A stretch of DNA of 20,150 nucleotides from Octopus sinensis (taxonomy: Eukaryota): contig NW_021824032.1 in the NCBI RefSeq assembly GCF_006345805.1, positions 1 through 20,150 on the forward strand, written 5' to 3'. Made by a program: the position numbers and the translations under genes. Every line of letters starts with the position of its first letter. The first letter of the stretch is position 1. The notes below the pieces were generated by a model, which worked only from the letters and a program-made list of their open reading frames with translations, did no database searches and was not told the origin of the DNA. This document shows, piece after piece, positions 1 to 9,972 of the stretch.

Positions 1-110
1 TATGTACTAGGCCTACAAGAATAAGTCCTGGGATCGATTTGCTCGTCTAAAGGCGGTACTCAGCATGGGCCGCGTCAAATGACTGAAACAATTAAAACAG
101 TAAAAGAGGT
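1..110 (+). mobile_element. SINE family A, 3' tail (cut by window edge)
   Basis: Reverse complement of the module at 4171-4270 and 5431-5530 (aataagtcctggg.tcgatttgctcg.ctaaaggcggt...gtcaaatgactgaaacaa); followed by (TA)n. Confidence 0.85.
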
Positions 111-519
111 AAAATATATATATATATATATATATACATGCATATAAGTTATAATTAAAGTTTAGATTAAAATTCAAAATTCAAAATTGAAACTGCGTTT
201 TCGGTATGTCCCTAGTAGTATGCCGGCAAAGCACGTTCACTGTTTATGGCTACCTGATATCATCCACCTTACTGCACAATCGTCACTGGATCTACTTTAG
301 GAATTCCATAGTGCACGTTGAGTATAGTAGAAACAATTGATACGGAAGATAGAGTACACTGGGTACTTTATCACAACGGTCGTTTTGACACATCCTGCAC
401 AGATCCCTCCTGTGTGGGGAACTATATAATGAATTGCAGTGCCTCTTGGTTTCTCATTACATAATTAACGTTTTACTCTTAACTTGTTTATGTTGATAGC
501 GGTCGTATCTAAAATACAA

Positions 520-592
520 TGTAAAAGCCGGACAAAACGCAGCAAAGTACTTTGTCCGACACGTTAACATTTCTACCAACTCGCTTTTTCAC
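520..592 (-). mobile_element. Degenerate SINE B 5' head fragment
   Basis: Minus strand gcgagttggtagaaatgttaacgtgtcggacaaagtac...ttttgtccggcttttac resembles the head gcgagctggcagaaacgttagcacgccgggcgaaatgc of the copies at 1592 and 10451. Confidence 0.4.
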
Positions 593-1177
593 CGTTTCAT
601 GGAGTTTACCAGCTTTAGATGACTACCAAAACTTCTTCATTCTCCCGAGGGTAGCTTGTATCTGTTTCGCACAATCTTTGTATGCATATTTTTACAGAAA
701 CATTCCAGCAAAAAATGTTTGTTTGTATGATTAATATGATATCATATGATATAATATAATATAATATAATATTATTATAAGCGAAGTATTTTGTCGAGGT
801 TCAGATTGCAAAAAAAGCAAAAAAACAAACGTTCTATAATATTTTACCTTTCAATAACTTGTTTATAATCGTTGGGCATCATAAAGAAATTCTAAAACCT
901 CTTTTGTTGGTTCGCATGTTTCATTATAAGTATTGAATTCGATCATAAAATTTGAAGGAATGATGAAAAATAACTCCATCAGCATGTTTCTTTAACTTAC
1001 TATTATAATATAGATAGAGTTTTAAATGATAACATGGAATATCGCCCTGTTGAATGATTAAATTTTTATAAACTCCTCGTCCCAGATAAATAGCAAGTTA
1101 AGAACATTCTTCAAATTATAATCTGGAACTTAGAAAAGGCATCTTTGAAAAATTTCATTAAAATATGTTTTGTTAAG

Positions 1178-1357
1178 AGGGCTTAAGGCATTTTCGTCCG
1201 TCTTTATGATCTGGGTTTCAATTCCACCGATATCGACAATGCCTTTTATGAATTCAGGGGTCCATGAAATAAGGGTCAATTGAGCACTGGGGGGTCGTTG
1301 TAATCGACTATCCCGATCTCCGCCTCTTTCAAATTTCAGGCCCTTATACTTAATATA
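1178..1357 (+). mobile_element. Old SINE B copy with tail type 2
   Basis: Diverged match to the 10690-10850 unit: B-box-like gtttcaattcc, ctgggggtcg..taatcgact, and aaatttcaggcc tail. Confidence 0.65.
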
Positions 1358-1592
1358 CTTATTTCTTTACTGCCCACAAGAGGCTACACACAGAGGAGAC
1401 AAACAAGGACTGGCAAGCGGATTAAGTCGATTATACCGACTGCAGTGCGTAACTGGTACTTAATTTATCGACCCCGAAAGGATGAAAGGCAAAGTCGACC
1501 TCGGCGGAATTTGAACTCAGAACGTAACGGCAGACGAAATACGGTTACGCATTTCGCCCGGCGTGCTAACGTTTCTGCCAGCTCGCCGCCTT
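1358..1592 (-). mobile_element. Near-intact SINE B copy (tail type 1) with target-site duplication
   Basis: tRNA-like head with B box GAGTTCAAATTCC (1506-1518, minus) and body gtcgactttgcctttcatcctttcggggtcgataaattaagtaccag. Direct repeat ccttatacttaatata at 1342-1357 and 1589-1604, partly overlapping the SINE 5' end. Confidence 0.9.
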
Positions 1593-1691
1593 ATACTTAA
1601 TATAGTTGCTATATGAAATCATTATTTAAAACATTCCGAAACATAGTCGGGTGTGGAGAACTTAAATTAGGGTTATAATCACACACAACGC

Positions 1692-1698
1692 ATATATT

Positions 1699-1729
<31 letters not shown>

Positions 1730-1739
1730 GATATTATAT

Positions 1740-1790
<51 letters not shown>

Positions 1791-1818
1791 ATATATGTAT
1801 GATATATATATATATATA
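1692..1818. repeat. (TA)n microsatellite
   Basis: Direct reading. Confidence 0.95.
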
Positions 1819-2049
1819 GCGCTTTAGAGACTAAAGAATTCAAATGCAAATGACAACAAAAAACTTGGTGGTTGACAGGAGTTAGGCCAGTGGTTGGTAT
1901 AAACCATCAACTGCCACCATGCTCATCATAGACACTTATGTTACTTCCTTGATACTACAGCCACAACTGCTACGAATACCACTGCGCTGTTACCACTGCA
2001 GACACTGACGCCGAATGCTGCCGTCACCAGAAAAGCTGCTGTTGTTTCT

Positions 2050-2094
2050 GCTACTACTACTGCTACTACTACTATTACTACTACTACTATTACC

Positions 2095-2134
<40 letters not shown>

Positions 2135-2151
2135 TTGTTGTTGTTGTTGTT
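2050..2151. repeat. Compound (CTA)n-(CTG)n-(TTG)n trinucleotide tract
   Basis: Direct reading; further (CTA)n at 2363-2413 and (CA)n at 2480-2529. Confidence 0.9.
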
Positions 2152-2363
2152 AAGCAACAAGACGGGTAAGGGTGATTAGGTGATGGTATTGGGCTTAGGG
2201 GTAGGAAACCCCAGACCTTGGGGAAAAAAAAAACTTTGGTCGTCTTGTTGTAGTCGAGGGCTCTACGCTGACGCCCGACACCACCGGGAGGTGGCCCTCG
2301 AAGTCGCTGGAAATGGAGATCTCCAGGTCCAAATCCTTGAACGGCTGCTGGTGCTGGTGCTGT

Positions 2364-2413
<50 letters not shown>

Positions 2414-2658
2414 ATCATTTGGGCAGGCCGTTCGGCAAAAGCTGAACGCTCATATGTTGCCTTCGATGAGAGAGCCCATCACACCACACACACACACACA
2501 CACACACACACCACACACACACACACACAAATACAGAAATTGTGCATCCGAACACTGCACTCCCCGAGCATGAAACCTGAAATAGTTTACGCATAACACC
2601 GATATTCGTTAAATGATATTTCCCTCTCATTTAATTGATTCTATTAGCAGGCGAAAGG

Positions 2659-2860
2659 TATACATACATACATTCCTATTTACATCGTTACATAAATACA
2701 TACATACACAAATACACACATACAAATATACATACATACACACATACATACATACATACATACATACATACATACATACATTCATACATACATACATACG
2801 TACATACATACGTATATACATACATACGTACGTACGTACGTTGATATATTCAGATACATA
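2659..2860. repeat. (TACA)n microsatellite
   Basis: Direct reading. Confidence 0.95.
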
Positions 2861-3685
2861 CGATTAATAAGTTGAACTGCGAATTAATTAAGTAATTAAT
2901 CCGAAATCTTTATTAATTATGCATTAGGCCGATGTATCTATTATTGTTATCTGATTGGTATTAATAATTAATTAAGGCCGTTAAACTATGAATTAGTTTT
3001 GGTTCGTTTCTGTGTCAATATATTTATATGTGTCTGCATCTCTGCACATAAAATGTATATACGTATATGTGTACCTGTGTACATGAGTATGTGGATATTT
3101 GTATGTGCATATATACATCCACGTATATATGCGTCTGTGCTTGTGTATGTGTCTGTGTGTGTGTGTTGGATATATATGTGCTTCGATCTTTGTGTATGAA
3201 TGTGTACGCATATGACGAAGTAGAAGATTTCCTGAGAGTAAGTTCTGTGTGAAAACTTTATAGTTAAGATTAAGTGACCCTACCTGAAGTTTCTGAGCTC
3301 AACCGTCTTCGAAATGGTAGCGTGTTTACGCGTTAATTCGGGAATATCTGATTCAGTTGAATAACTAATTTAGTTCATTAGACAATTATATCCTCACTGT
3401 CAGATAACGTTGATGCACCAAAATACATACATACATACATACATACAAAAATACACATATATGTATATTTATATATATACATCAGTATATATGAGCATGT
3501 ATAGGTATGTAAGTATATGGATGAGAATACACACATAAAACAAGACATACAAATCTGCACGTATATATGCATACAAAAATATCGTGTTGCTGATGTTGAA
3601 ATCCCAATGAAGTTGCCTTGAATCTAGGTAAGAAACCGGCTCTTTCTATATTGGCAAGAAATCTTAAAAGAAAACTGGATAATGA

Positions 3686-3808
3686 CATACATACATACAT
3701 ACATACATACATACATACACACATACATGCGTACATACATACACACATACATACGTACATACATACATACGTACATACATACATACATACATACATACAT
3801 ACATACAT
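3686..3808. repeat. (TACA)n tract, read as an (ATGT)n tail of the adjacent RTE LINE
   Basis: Starts immediately after the RTE 3' UTR on the minus strand. Confidence 0.9.
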
Positions 3809-4079
3809 GATGGCCGTCCACTCGTGACCGAGGAAGACCATTGCGACCTTCAGGAACATTGTGCGCTCTAGGACTAACTTATATTTTGCATTTGCGGCTC
3901 CGTTGGTGGCTAATGAGCCCTGCTCTTGACAAGCATACACGACTACAAACATTGCAGACCAAGCTTTCCCCATTCACTATACGAGCCGTGCGCTTTCGCG
4001 CAGCTCGCTTAAATTCTTCATGCTGGATACGTGCTCTCTCAAAAGTGTCGATCCCCTCCTTAACCTGCTTCCTCCATAT
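3809..4079 (-). mobile_element. 5'-truncated RTE-clade LINE: ORF C-terminus plus 3' UTR
   Basis: Minus frame 4079-3879 reads IWRKQVKEGIDTFERARIQHEEFKRAARKRTARIVNGESLVCNVCSRVCLSRAGLISHQRSRKCKI*. This is the WR..V..G...FE / CxxC-R-C-S-GL-SH-R C-terminus typical of RTE elements. About 70 nt of UTR follows, then a tetranucleotide tail. Confidence 0.85.
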
Positions 4080-4095
4080 ATATTTACACAGTGTG

Positions 4096-4133
<38 letters not shown>

Positions 4134-4159
4134 TATATTACATAATGTGTGTGTATATA

Positions 4160-4617
4160 CTCTTTACACTCTTTTACTTGTTTCAGTCATTTGACTGTGA
4201 CCGTGCTGGAGCACTGCCTTTAGTCGAGCAAATCGACCCCAGGACTTATTCTTTGTAAGCCTAGTACTTATTCTATCGGTGTCTTTTGCCGAACCGCTAA
4301 GTTACGCGGACGTAAACACATCATCATCGGTTGTCAAGCGATGTTGGGGGGACAAACACAGACACACAAACATAAATACACACACACATATATACGTACA
4401 CACATTTAAACACACAGATGGACACATATGTATATAGGTACACACACAAACGGAATGGGCTTCTACAGAGTTTCCGTCTACTAAAATCACTTACAAGGCA
4501 TCGGTGGCCCCGGATTAAGGCTAAAGTAGAAGACCCTTGTCTAAGGTGTCACACGGTGGGACTGAACCTGAAAACACGTGGTTACAAAGTAACATTCTTA
4601 ATCACAGAGAAATGCTT
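4160..4617 (-). mobile_element. SINE A, full length (tRNA-like head, internal TG/TA microsatellite, 3' tail)
   Basis: B-box-like ggttcagtccc at 4558-4569 (minus); head homologous to 9322-9470; tail 190/204 identical to 5431-5634; ends in (gtaaaaga)-like repeats. Confidence 0.88.
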
Positions 4618-5122
4618 GCTTGAATAAAAAAAAAAAGAAAAACACGAAACCAAAGCGCAACCCCGCCCTCGTCCATGCCCCATCATAACCAGAACTTTTG
4701 ATTGATCAAGACTGTTATAGACTTATTTCTCAGCAATACACTAATCGAAAAAGTATGTGTATTCTTCAGAATGGTTACCGAATATTTGATTCCATAGTTC
4801 TTTTACCAACAGTTTATTTATTCTACGGTGAGAACCAGAACCTATTATTAGAACCATTCTTGTTCTTGTAGGATCATAGATTCTGCGCATCCATGATGAT
4901 ACATGTCAATGCAAATATCGATCTATCGATTGTGTTGGGCGTTAGATAACTGCAGTTACGAGTCACTGTCCTCTTCTTTGATGAATTCCTGAAATAGTAA
5001 TGCTCCGCAGTTCTTTGTGCATTTGTGAATATGTGTTTGTGTTAGTGAATGTCTATTGTGTATACGCAAGTATAAATATACGTATATTTATTGCTGGATA
5101 TTAAATAAATATGCTCATTTGC

Positions 5123-5124
<2 letters not shown>

Positions 5125-5194
<70 letters not shown>

Positions 5195-5254
5195 TACATA
5201 CATATATACATACATATATATGCATATATATATATATATATATATATATTGCAT

Positions 5255-5314
<60 letters not shown>

Positions 5315-5342
5315 ACTATATATGTATATAATGTATGTATAC
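5125..5342. repeat. (TA)n-rich microsatellite
   Basis: Direct reading. Confidence 0.95.
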
Positions 5343-5419
5343 GTCTTTTCGTCATTCTGTTTGTCTGTATCTCCCTCTATATATATATGCATATACTATA
5401 TGCAAATATATATACTTTT

Positions 5420-5645
5420 TTTTACTCTTTCTTTTACTTGTTTCAGTCATTTGACTGCGGCCATGCTGGAGCACCGCCTTTAGTCGAGCAAATCGACCCC
5501 GGGACTTATTCTTTGTAAGCCCAGTACTTATTCTATCGGTCTCTTTTGCCGAACCGCTAAGTGACGGGGACGTAAACACACCAGCATCGGTTGTCAAGCA
5601 ATGCTAGGGGGACAAACACAGACACACAAACATATACACACACAC
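5420..5645 (-). mobile_element. SINE A 3' tail module, no head
   Basis: Ungapped match to 4171-4374 at offset 1260 with 14 mismatches; runs into a TA tract without the head. Confidence 0.9.
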
Positions 5646-5712
5646 TTATATATATATACATATATACGACATATATACATATATACACATATATGTATAT
5701 ATAATATATACT

Positions 5713-5985
5713 GAGGACACGTGGCTTAGTGGTTAGGGCATTCGACTCACGATCATAATGTCGTGCGTTCAATTCTCGGCGGCGCGTTGTGTCCTTGAGC
5801 AAGACACTTTATTTCAAGTTGCTCCAGTCCACTCAGCTGGCAAAAATGAGTTGTACCTGTATTTCAAAGGGCCAGCCTTGTCACAATCTGTGAATTAAGG
5901 TTACTCATTAATTTCCCGAGCAAGCTGTTCCGTTGATCTTATCAGCTGGGACCCTCGTCGTCGTAACCTAAAGAGTGCTCCTTTA
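5713..5985 (+). mobile_element. SINE family C (tRNA head, CORE-like central motif)
   Basis: A box TGGCTTAGTGG (5722-5732), B-box-like GTTCAATTC (5767-5775), then gtgtccttgagcaagacacttt (5789-5810), which resembles the CORE-SINE domain. Confidence 0.75.
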
Positions 5986-5991
5986 TATAAT

Positions 5992-6356
5992 ACGTGTATG
6001 CGTCTGATCTTTTATAATAGTATCCAGTTTATTAGCTTTTATAGTTTTGTCAGTATGCACGGGGAAGTCCCATAGAATCAATACATTTTCTCCCTCAGTC
6101 ACAACTTCAGGATGGTGTTTATACCATTTGTCAGTGGTTTTGATTTTATAATGCCGACATATTGTCCAGTGTAAATACTGGCTGGCTCTGTCATGTCTTG
6201 CTTTATATTCTACAGGTGCTAAGACTCTAGACCCTGAGATTAGGTGGTCTATAGTTTCAATCTCATTGTTACAGAATCGGCATTTTGGGTCAGCTCCATT
6301 TTTTTATCACATTGGCTTGGTAGTACCGGGTTAATAAGTTTTGGTCTAGAGCAGCT
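5992..6356 (-). mobile_element. R4/Dong-clade non-LTR retrotransposon fragment (zinc knuckle and start of restriction-like endonuclease)
   Basis: AALDQNLLTRYYQANVIK, one frameshift in an A run, then ~100 open codons: NGADPKCRFCNNEIETIDHLISGSRVLAPVEYKARHDRASQYLHWTICRHYKIKTTDKWYKHHPEVVTEGENVLILWDFPVHTDKTIKANKLDTII. Contains CxxC..H, RHD, LWD and a decayed PD motif. Confidence 0.9.
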
Positions 6357-6515
6357 AATTATCATCATCATCATCACTATCATTATTATTATTTTTATTA
6401 TTTTTTTTATTATTATTATTATCATTCTTCTTCTTCTTCTTCTTCTTCTTCTTTTCTTCTTCTTCTTCTTCTTTTCTTCTTATTATTATTATTATTATTA
6501 TTATTATCATTATTA

Positions 6516-6586
<71 letters not shown>
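6357..6586. repeat. (ATT)n/(TTC)n compound microsatellite
   Basis: Direct reading. Confidence 0.95.
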
Positions 6587-6855
6587 TTGATGGAAGCTCT
6601 GGGTATGGTGGAAAATATCAACTGTCCACAGCTAGCAGACTAATGTGACACTTGTTCACTGATGGTCTTTCAAGAACCTTGCGAAGAACTCCTGCAGTTC
6701 CAAGCAATGCTGATTTTTGTAGGTGTTCCACCTTCACACTTGCCCCAATCTTTTTCAGCCACGTTGGTAGTTGAGCGCTAATACATCCAAGTCCACCAAT
6801 CACTATTGTCCACTCTTTTCATGGCCACAACCTGCCTATTTTTGTCTGAAGTCTT
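6587..6855 (-). mobile_element. 5'-truncated R4/Dong-type LINE 3' end
   Basis: IGRLW...IVIGGLGCISAQLPTWLKKIGASVKVEHLQKSALLGTAGVLRKVLE matches the R4/Dong C-terminal pattern (IG.LG...LQK..LLGTA..LR.VL). Both ends abut (TAA)n on the element strand. Confidence 0.85.
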
Positions 6856-6869
6856 TATTATTAATATTA

Positions 6870-6929
<60 letters not shown>

Positions 6930-7050
6930 TATCATTATTATTATTATTATTATTATTATCATCATCATCATCATCATCATTATTATTATTATTATTATTA
7001 TCATCATCATCATTATTATTATCATTATTATTATTATTATTATTATTACT
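6856..7050. repeat. (ATT)n/(ATC)n microsatellite
   Basis: Direct reading. Confidence 0.95.
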
Positions 7051-7345
7051 TATTTTTTTTTCTTTCAAATTTTCTTCCATTTCTGCCGAGTGTCTCCCGA
7101 CTCCTAGGGCAAAGAAACTCATAGTGTATATTGGTAGGCCATTAAACCAAACTCAGTAGTTCGTTCATTTTTTTTTTTTTTTTTTTTTTTAAATTAAATA
7201 CATGAGCAGCAACAGTTCTCACATCGACAATGCTCTTCTCAATACGTGTGATGTACCAGTTAAGACAATCTTTTGTACTTCTTGCAGGGATGGTAAGCCA
7301 GGGATCATTCTCATATAATTTTCGGTTCCCTTCTTGATCATTCCT

Positions 7346-7347
<2 letters not shown>
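7051..7347 (-). mobile_element. 5'-truncated R4/Dong-type LINE 3' end, second family
   Basis: LGMIKKGTENYMRMIPGLPSLQEVQKIVLTGTSHVLRRALSM* (stop 7219-7221), then ~170 nt of UTR and an A-rich end running into (TAA)n. Confidence 0.82.
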
Positions 7348-7404
<57 letters not shown>

Positions 7405-7405
7405 T

Positions 7406-7460
<55 letters not shown>

Positions 7461-7480
7461 TATTATTATTATTACTATCA
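7348..7480. repeat. (ATT)n microsatellite
   Basis: Direct reading. Confidence 0.95.
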
Positions 7481-7488
7481 TTGGGACA

Positions 7489-7735
7489 GGAAGTGGATTA
7501 GCAGAATCATTAGTGCATCGGAAGCATGCTTTACGTTATTTATTCTAACTTCCGGTTTAAAGTCCGGTCGAGGCTAACAATTTCTTTCATCCTTTCCAGA
7601 TCAATAAAATAGTGTTCCTATCTAAGAACTATCGTCTGATCCCCTAAAACGTACTTGTGAAATAAAACTGTCGATGTAGCGACTTGTTTTCCTCTAAAAC
7701 ATTGCTGGCCCTGGGCAAAAACTAGAAAGTATTCT
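7489..7735 (+). mobile_element. Highly degenerate SINE B
   Basis: gcagaatcattag head, ctttcatcctttcc..atcaataaaata body, ggccctgggc..tagaaagtatt tail. Confidence 0.5.
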
Positions 7736-7876
7736 TTGTTTGACTTCGGCATAGTTAAACTCGAAACGATTAAAAAGGAAGAAATTAAAACAACGGAACA
7801 AAAACAAAAACAAAATAAGGAAGGCAAAAGAATGCCAAAATAAAACAATAGCAAATGCAAAAAAGAACGAAAACCA

Positions 7877-7902
7877 AAATAATAATAATAATAAAAATAA
7901 TA

Positions 7903-7961
<59 letters not shown>
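7877..7961. repeat. (AAT)n microsatellite
   Basis: Direct reading. Confidence 0.95.
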
Positions 7962-7964
<3 letters not shown>

Positions 7965-8470
7965 TGAAAAAAAAGACAACAAACAACGCAAATGTAAATA
8001 GAAATTTAGTTTATCCGACTTAGAAGCTTGGCAGAAGGCATTAAAAGGGAAGAAGAAATACAAAAAGACTGGAAGTGTGTGTGGGGGTGTGTGGGGGTGG
8101 ATAATGATGCGAAGCAGAAAATAAAACTATTCTACGAAATAACGAAAATACAACAGACATTACATGGCAAGCGATAATGAGATAGTAATGATAGATTGAA
8201 GTAAAGAGGCTGACTTGTGCCAAGGTAAACATATTTAAAGCATTGATTCTTGTGTGGTTGAAAGTTGTTAGTTTAATTTTATTTTCTTTATATTTATGTA
8301 TATATATATGAGTTGTTTTTTTAATTTTGTTTTAAATGTTAGTTTGTGGTCTTTTTATTATGTTGGTTAGTTTTGTTTTGTTAAAAAACAAAAGTCGATC
8401 GAAATTGCTAATTACAGCAAACAAGGTATTCATTAGGATTTAAAGTGCATATACTCTATTGTAATGGTTT

Positions 8471-8561
8471 CATACACACACAAACACACGCCACACACAC
8501 ACATACATACAAACATACATATATAGATACACACATATGTGTATATAATTGCATATTATAT

Positions 8562-8602
<41 letters not shown>

Positions 8603-8665
8603 GTATATATATATGTATGTATATATATATATATATAATATTGTATGTATATATATATGTATATA

Positions 8666-8740
<75 letters not shown>

Positions 8741-8745
8741 TATAA
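8471..8745. repeat. (CA)n/(TA)n microsatellite
   Basis: Direct reading. Confidence 0.95.
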
Positions 8746-8944
8746 CATATAAACAGCCAGTAGAAAGTTTAATAGTTTGCTGAAGCATTGCGGAACATGT
8801 AGAAAAGCAGTGTGTCAGAGAAGGAAAAAGCAATATCGATACTTGATATGGAAAAAATCAGAAATAAAAAAATATTACCCATAGAAATATTAAATTAATC
8901 CTGATATTTCGAGTTATAAACTCTTTTTCAATCCATTCAAGAAC

Positions 8945-9195
8945 AAGAGAGTGAGAGAGAGGGTAGAAGAAAGAGAGGGGGAGATAGAGAGGAAGAGAGA
9001 GAGAGAGAGCGTGTTTGAAATAGAGAGAAAAAGTGAGAGATTGAGAGAGAGAAAAATGTGACTGAGAAAGAAAGAGAAAGAGAGAGTGATCGAGAAAGGG
9101 AGACAGGGGAGAGAGAAAGAGAAAGACAGGGATAAAGAAAGTGAAAGACAGAGACACACAGACAGTCAGAGACAGAGTGCGAGACAGTGAGAGAA
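8945..9195. repeat. Degenerate (GA)n polypurine tract
   Basis: Direct reading. Confidence 0.9.
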
Positions 9196-9466
9196 ACCAT
9201 TTTATTGGTCTGGTAGATCCTTGTATGTCATAGTGGAGTTGAACGCAAAGAGAAATAGAGAGAGATTTATAGGGAAAGACTGTGTTATTGTTCTTCAATG
9301 CGTAGGCGTGGCTCTTGCTAAAGGCGTGGTTGTGTGGTACGAAGCTTGCTTCTCAACAACATGGTTCCGGGTTCAGTCCCAGTGCGTGACACTCTGGGCA
9401 ATTGTCTTCTATTATAGCATCGGGCCTTGAGAGTGGATTTGGTAGACAGGGACTGATAAAAGCCCG

Positions 9467-9505
<39 letters not shown>

Positions 9506-9510
9506 GTATA

Positions 9511-9695
9511 TACGCCACGAGAGATCATTAGCCACTACACACATTTTTTTTCTCCTTGTTTTCTGTGTCCCTTCCTGTAGAAGAGCGTAGGCTCGAAACG
9601 TAAAATACTTTTTCTATACCTTGGCGTTTTACTAGTACATCTGTTTGTTTTCTACACCACCTGTCTTCGTCGGTTGTCGTTTTTTCGTAAAATCT

Positions 9696-9698
<3 letters not shown>
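9511..9698 (+). mobile_element. Short insertion in (TA)n, probable Penelope-like element terminus
   Basis: Complex sequence bounded by TA tracts on both sides; carries a minimal hammerhead-like motif at 9575-9602. Confidence 0.45.
9571..9606 (+). ncRNA. Minimal type I hammerhead ribozyme-like motif (variant core, possibly inactive)
   Basis: CUGUAGA-A-GAGC-guag-GCUC-GAAA-C-GUA: perfect 4-bp stem II, GAAA, palindromic ACGU helix III and a GUA triplet. The core has U at A6 and stem I is weak. Confidence 0.4.
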
Positions 9699-9726
<28 letters not shown>

Positions 9727-9909
9727 AGTTCTGCAAAAATTTAGATTCAGATGAATATGGTATTTAAGTTAAAGGCACAAGAATTAGGTATGGTATTATC
9801 CATATAAATCAAATGTGGTGATTATAATCAAATGGATATCCTTTATATGACAACAAAAGAATGAATGAGACCTCGATTTTATGTAAATAGAGGAATTTAT
9901 CTATAAACA

Positions 9910-9972
9910 TATGTGACAATTAGTAGGTTGTCATAGTAAAAGAGTTTTATTATGACAACTAATTGTCACATA
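9910..9972. repeat. 28-bp hairpin ending the 9728-9972 insertion
   Basis: tatgtgacaatta[gtag]gttgtcatagtaaaa-gag-ttttattatgacaactaattgtcacata; one G-T pair and one 4-nt bulge. Confidence 0.85.

Noticed and set aside
137-430. Possible short retroposon with an (AAAATTC)x3 end between TA runs
   Set aside because: No coding motif, Pol III box, TSD or second copy in the window.
552-734. 60-aa plus-strand ORF
   Set aside because: Non-ATG start, no motif, and overlaps a degenerate SINE head.
3482-4194. ORFs 3482-3973 (-) and 3841-4194 (+)
   Set aside because: Off-frame or antisense readings of the RTE fragment plus microsatellite; the meaningful frame is 4079-3879 (-).
5713-5790. tRNA gene (also 9320-9390, 10451-10540, 17495-17560)
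   Set aside because: A/B boxes are present but no cloverleaf, and each continues into a SINE body.
6357-7480. CRISPR-like repeat-spacer array
   Set aside because: The repeats are variable-length microsatellites and the spacers are LINE fragments; no cas genes; eukaryotic context.
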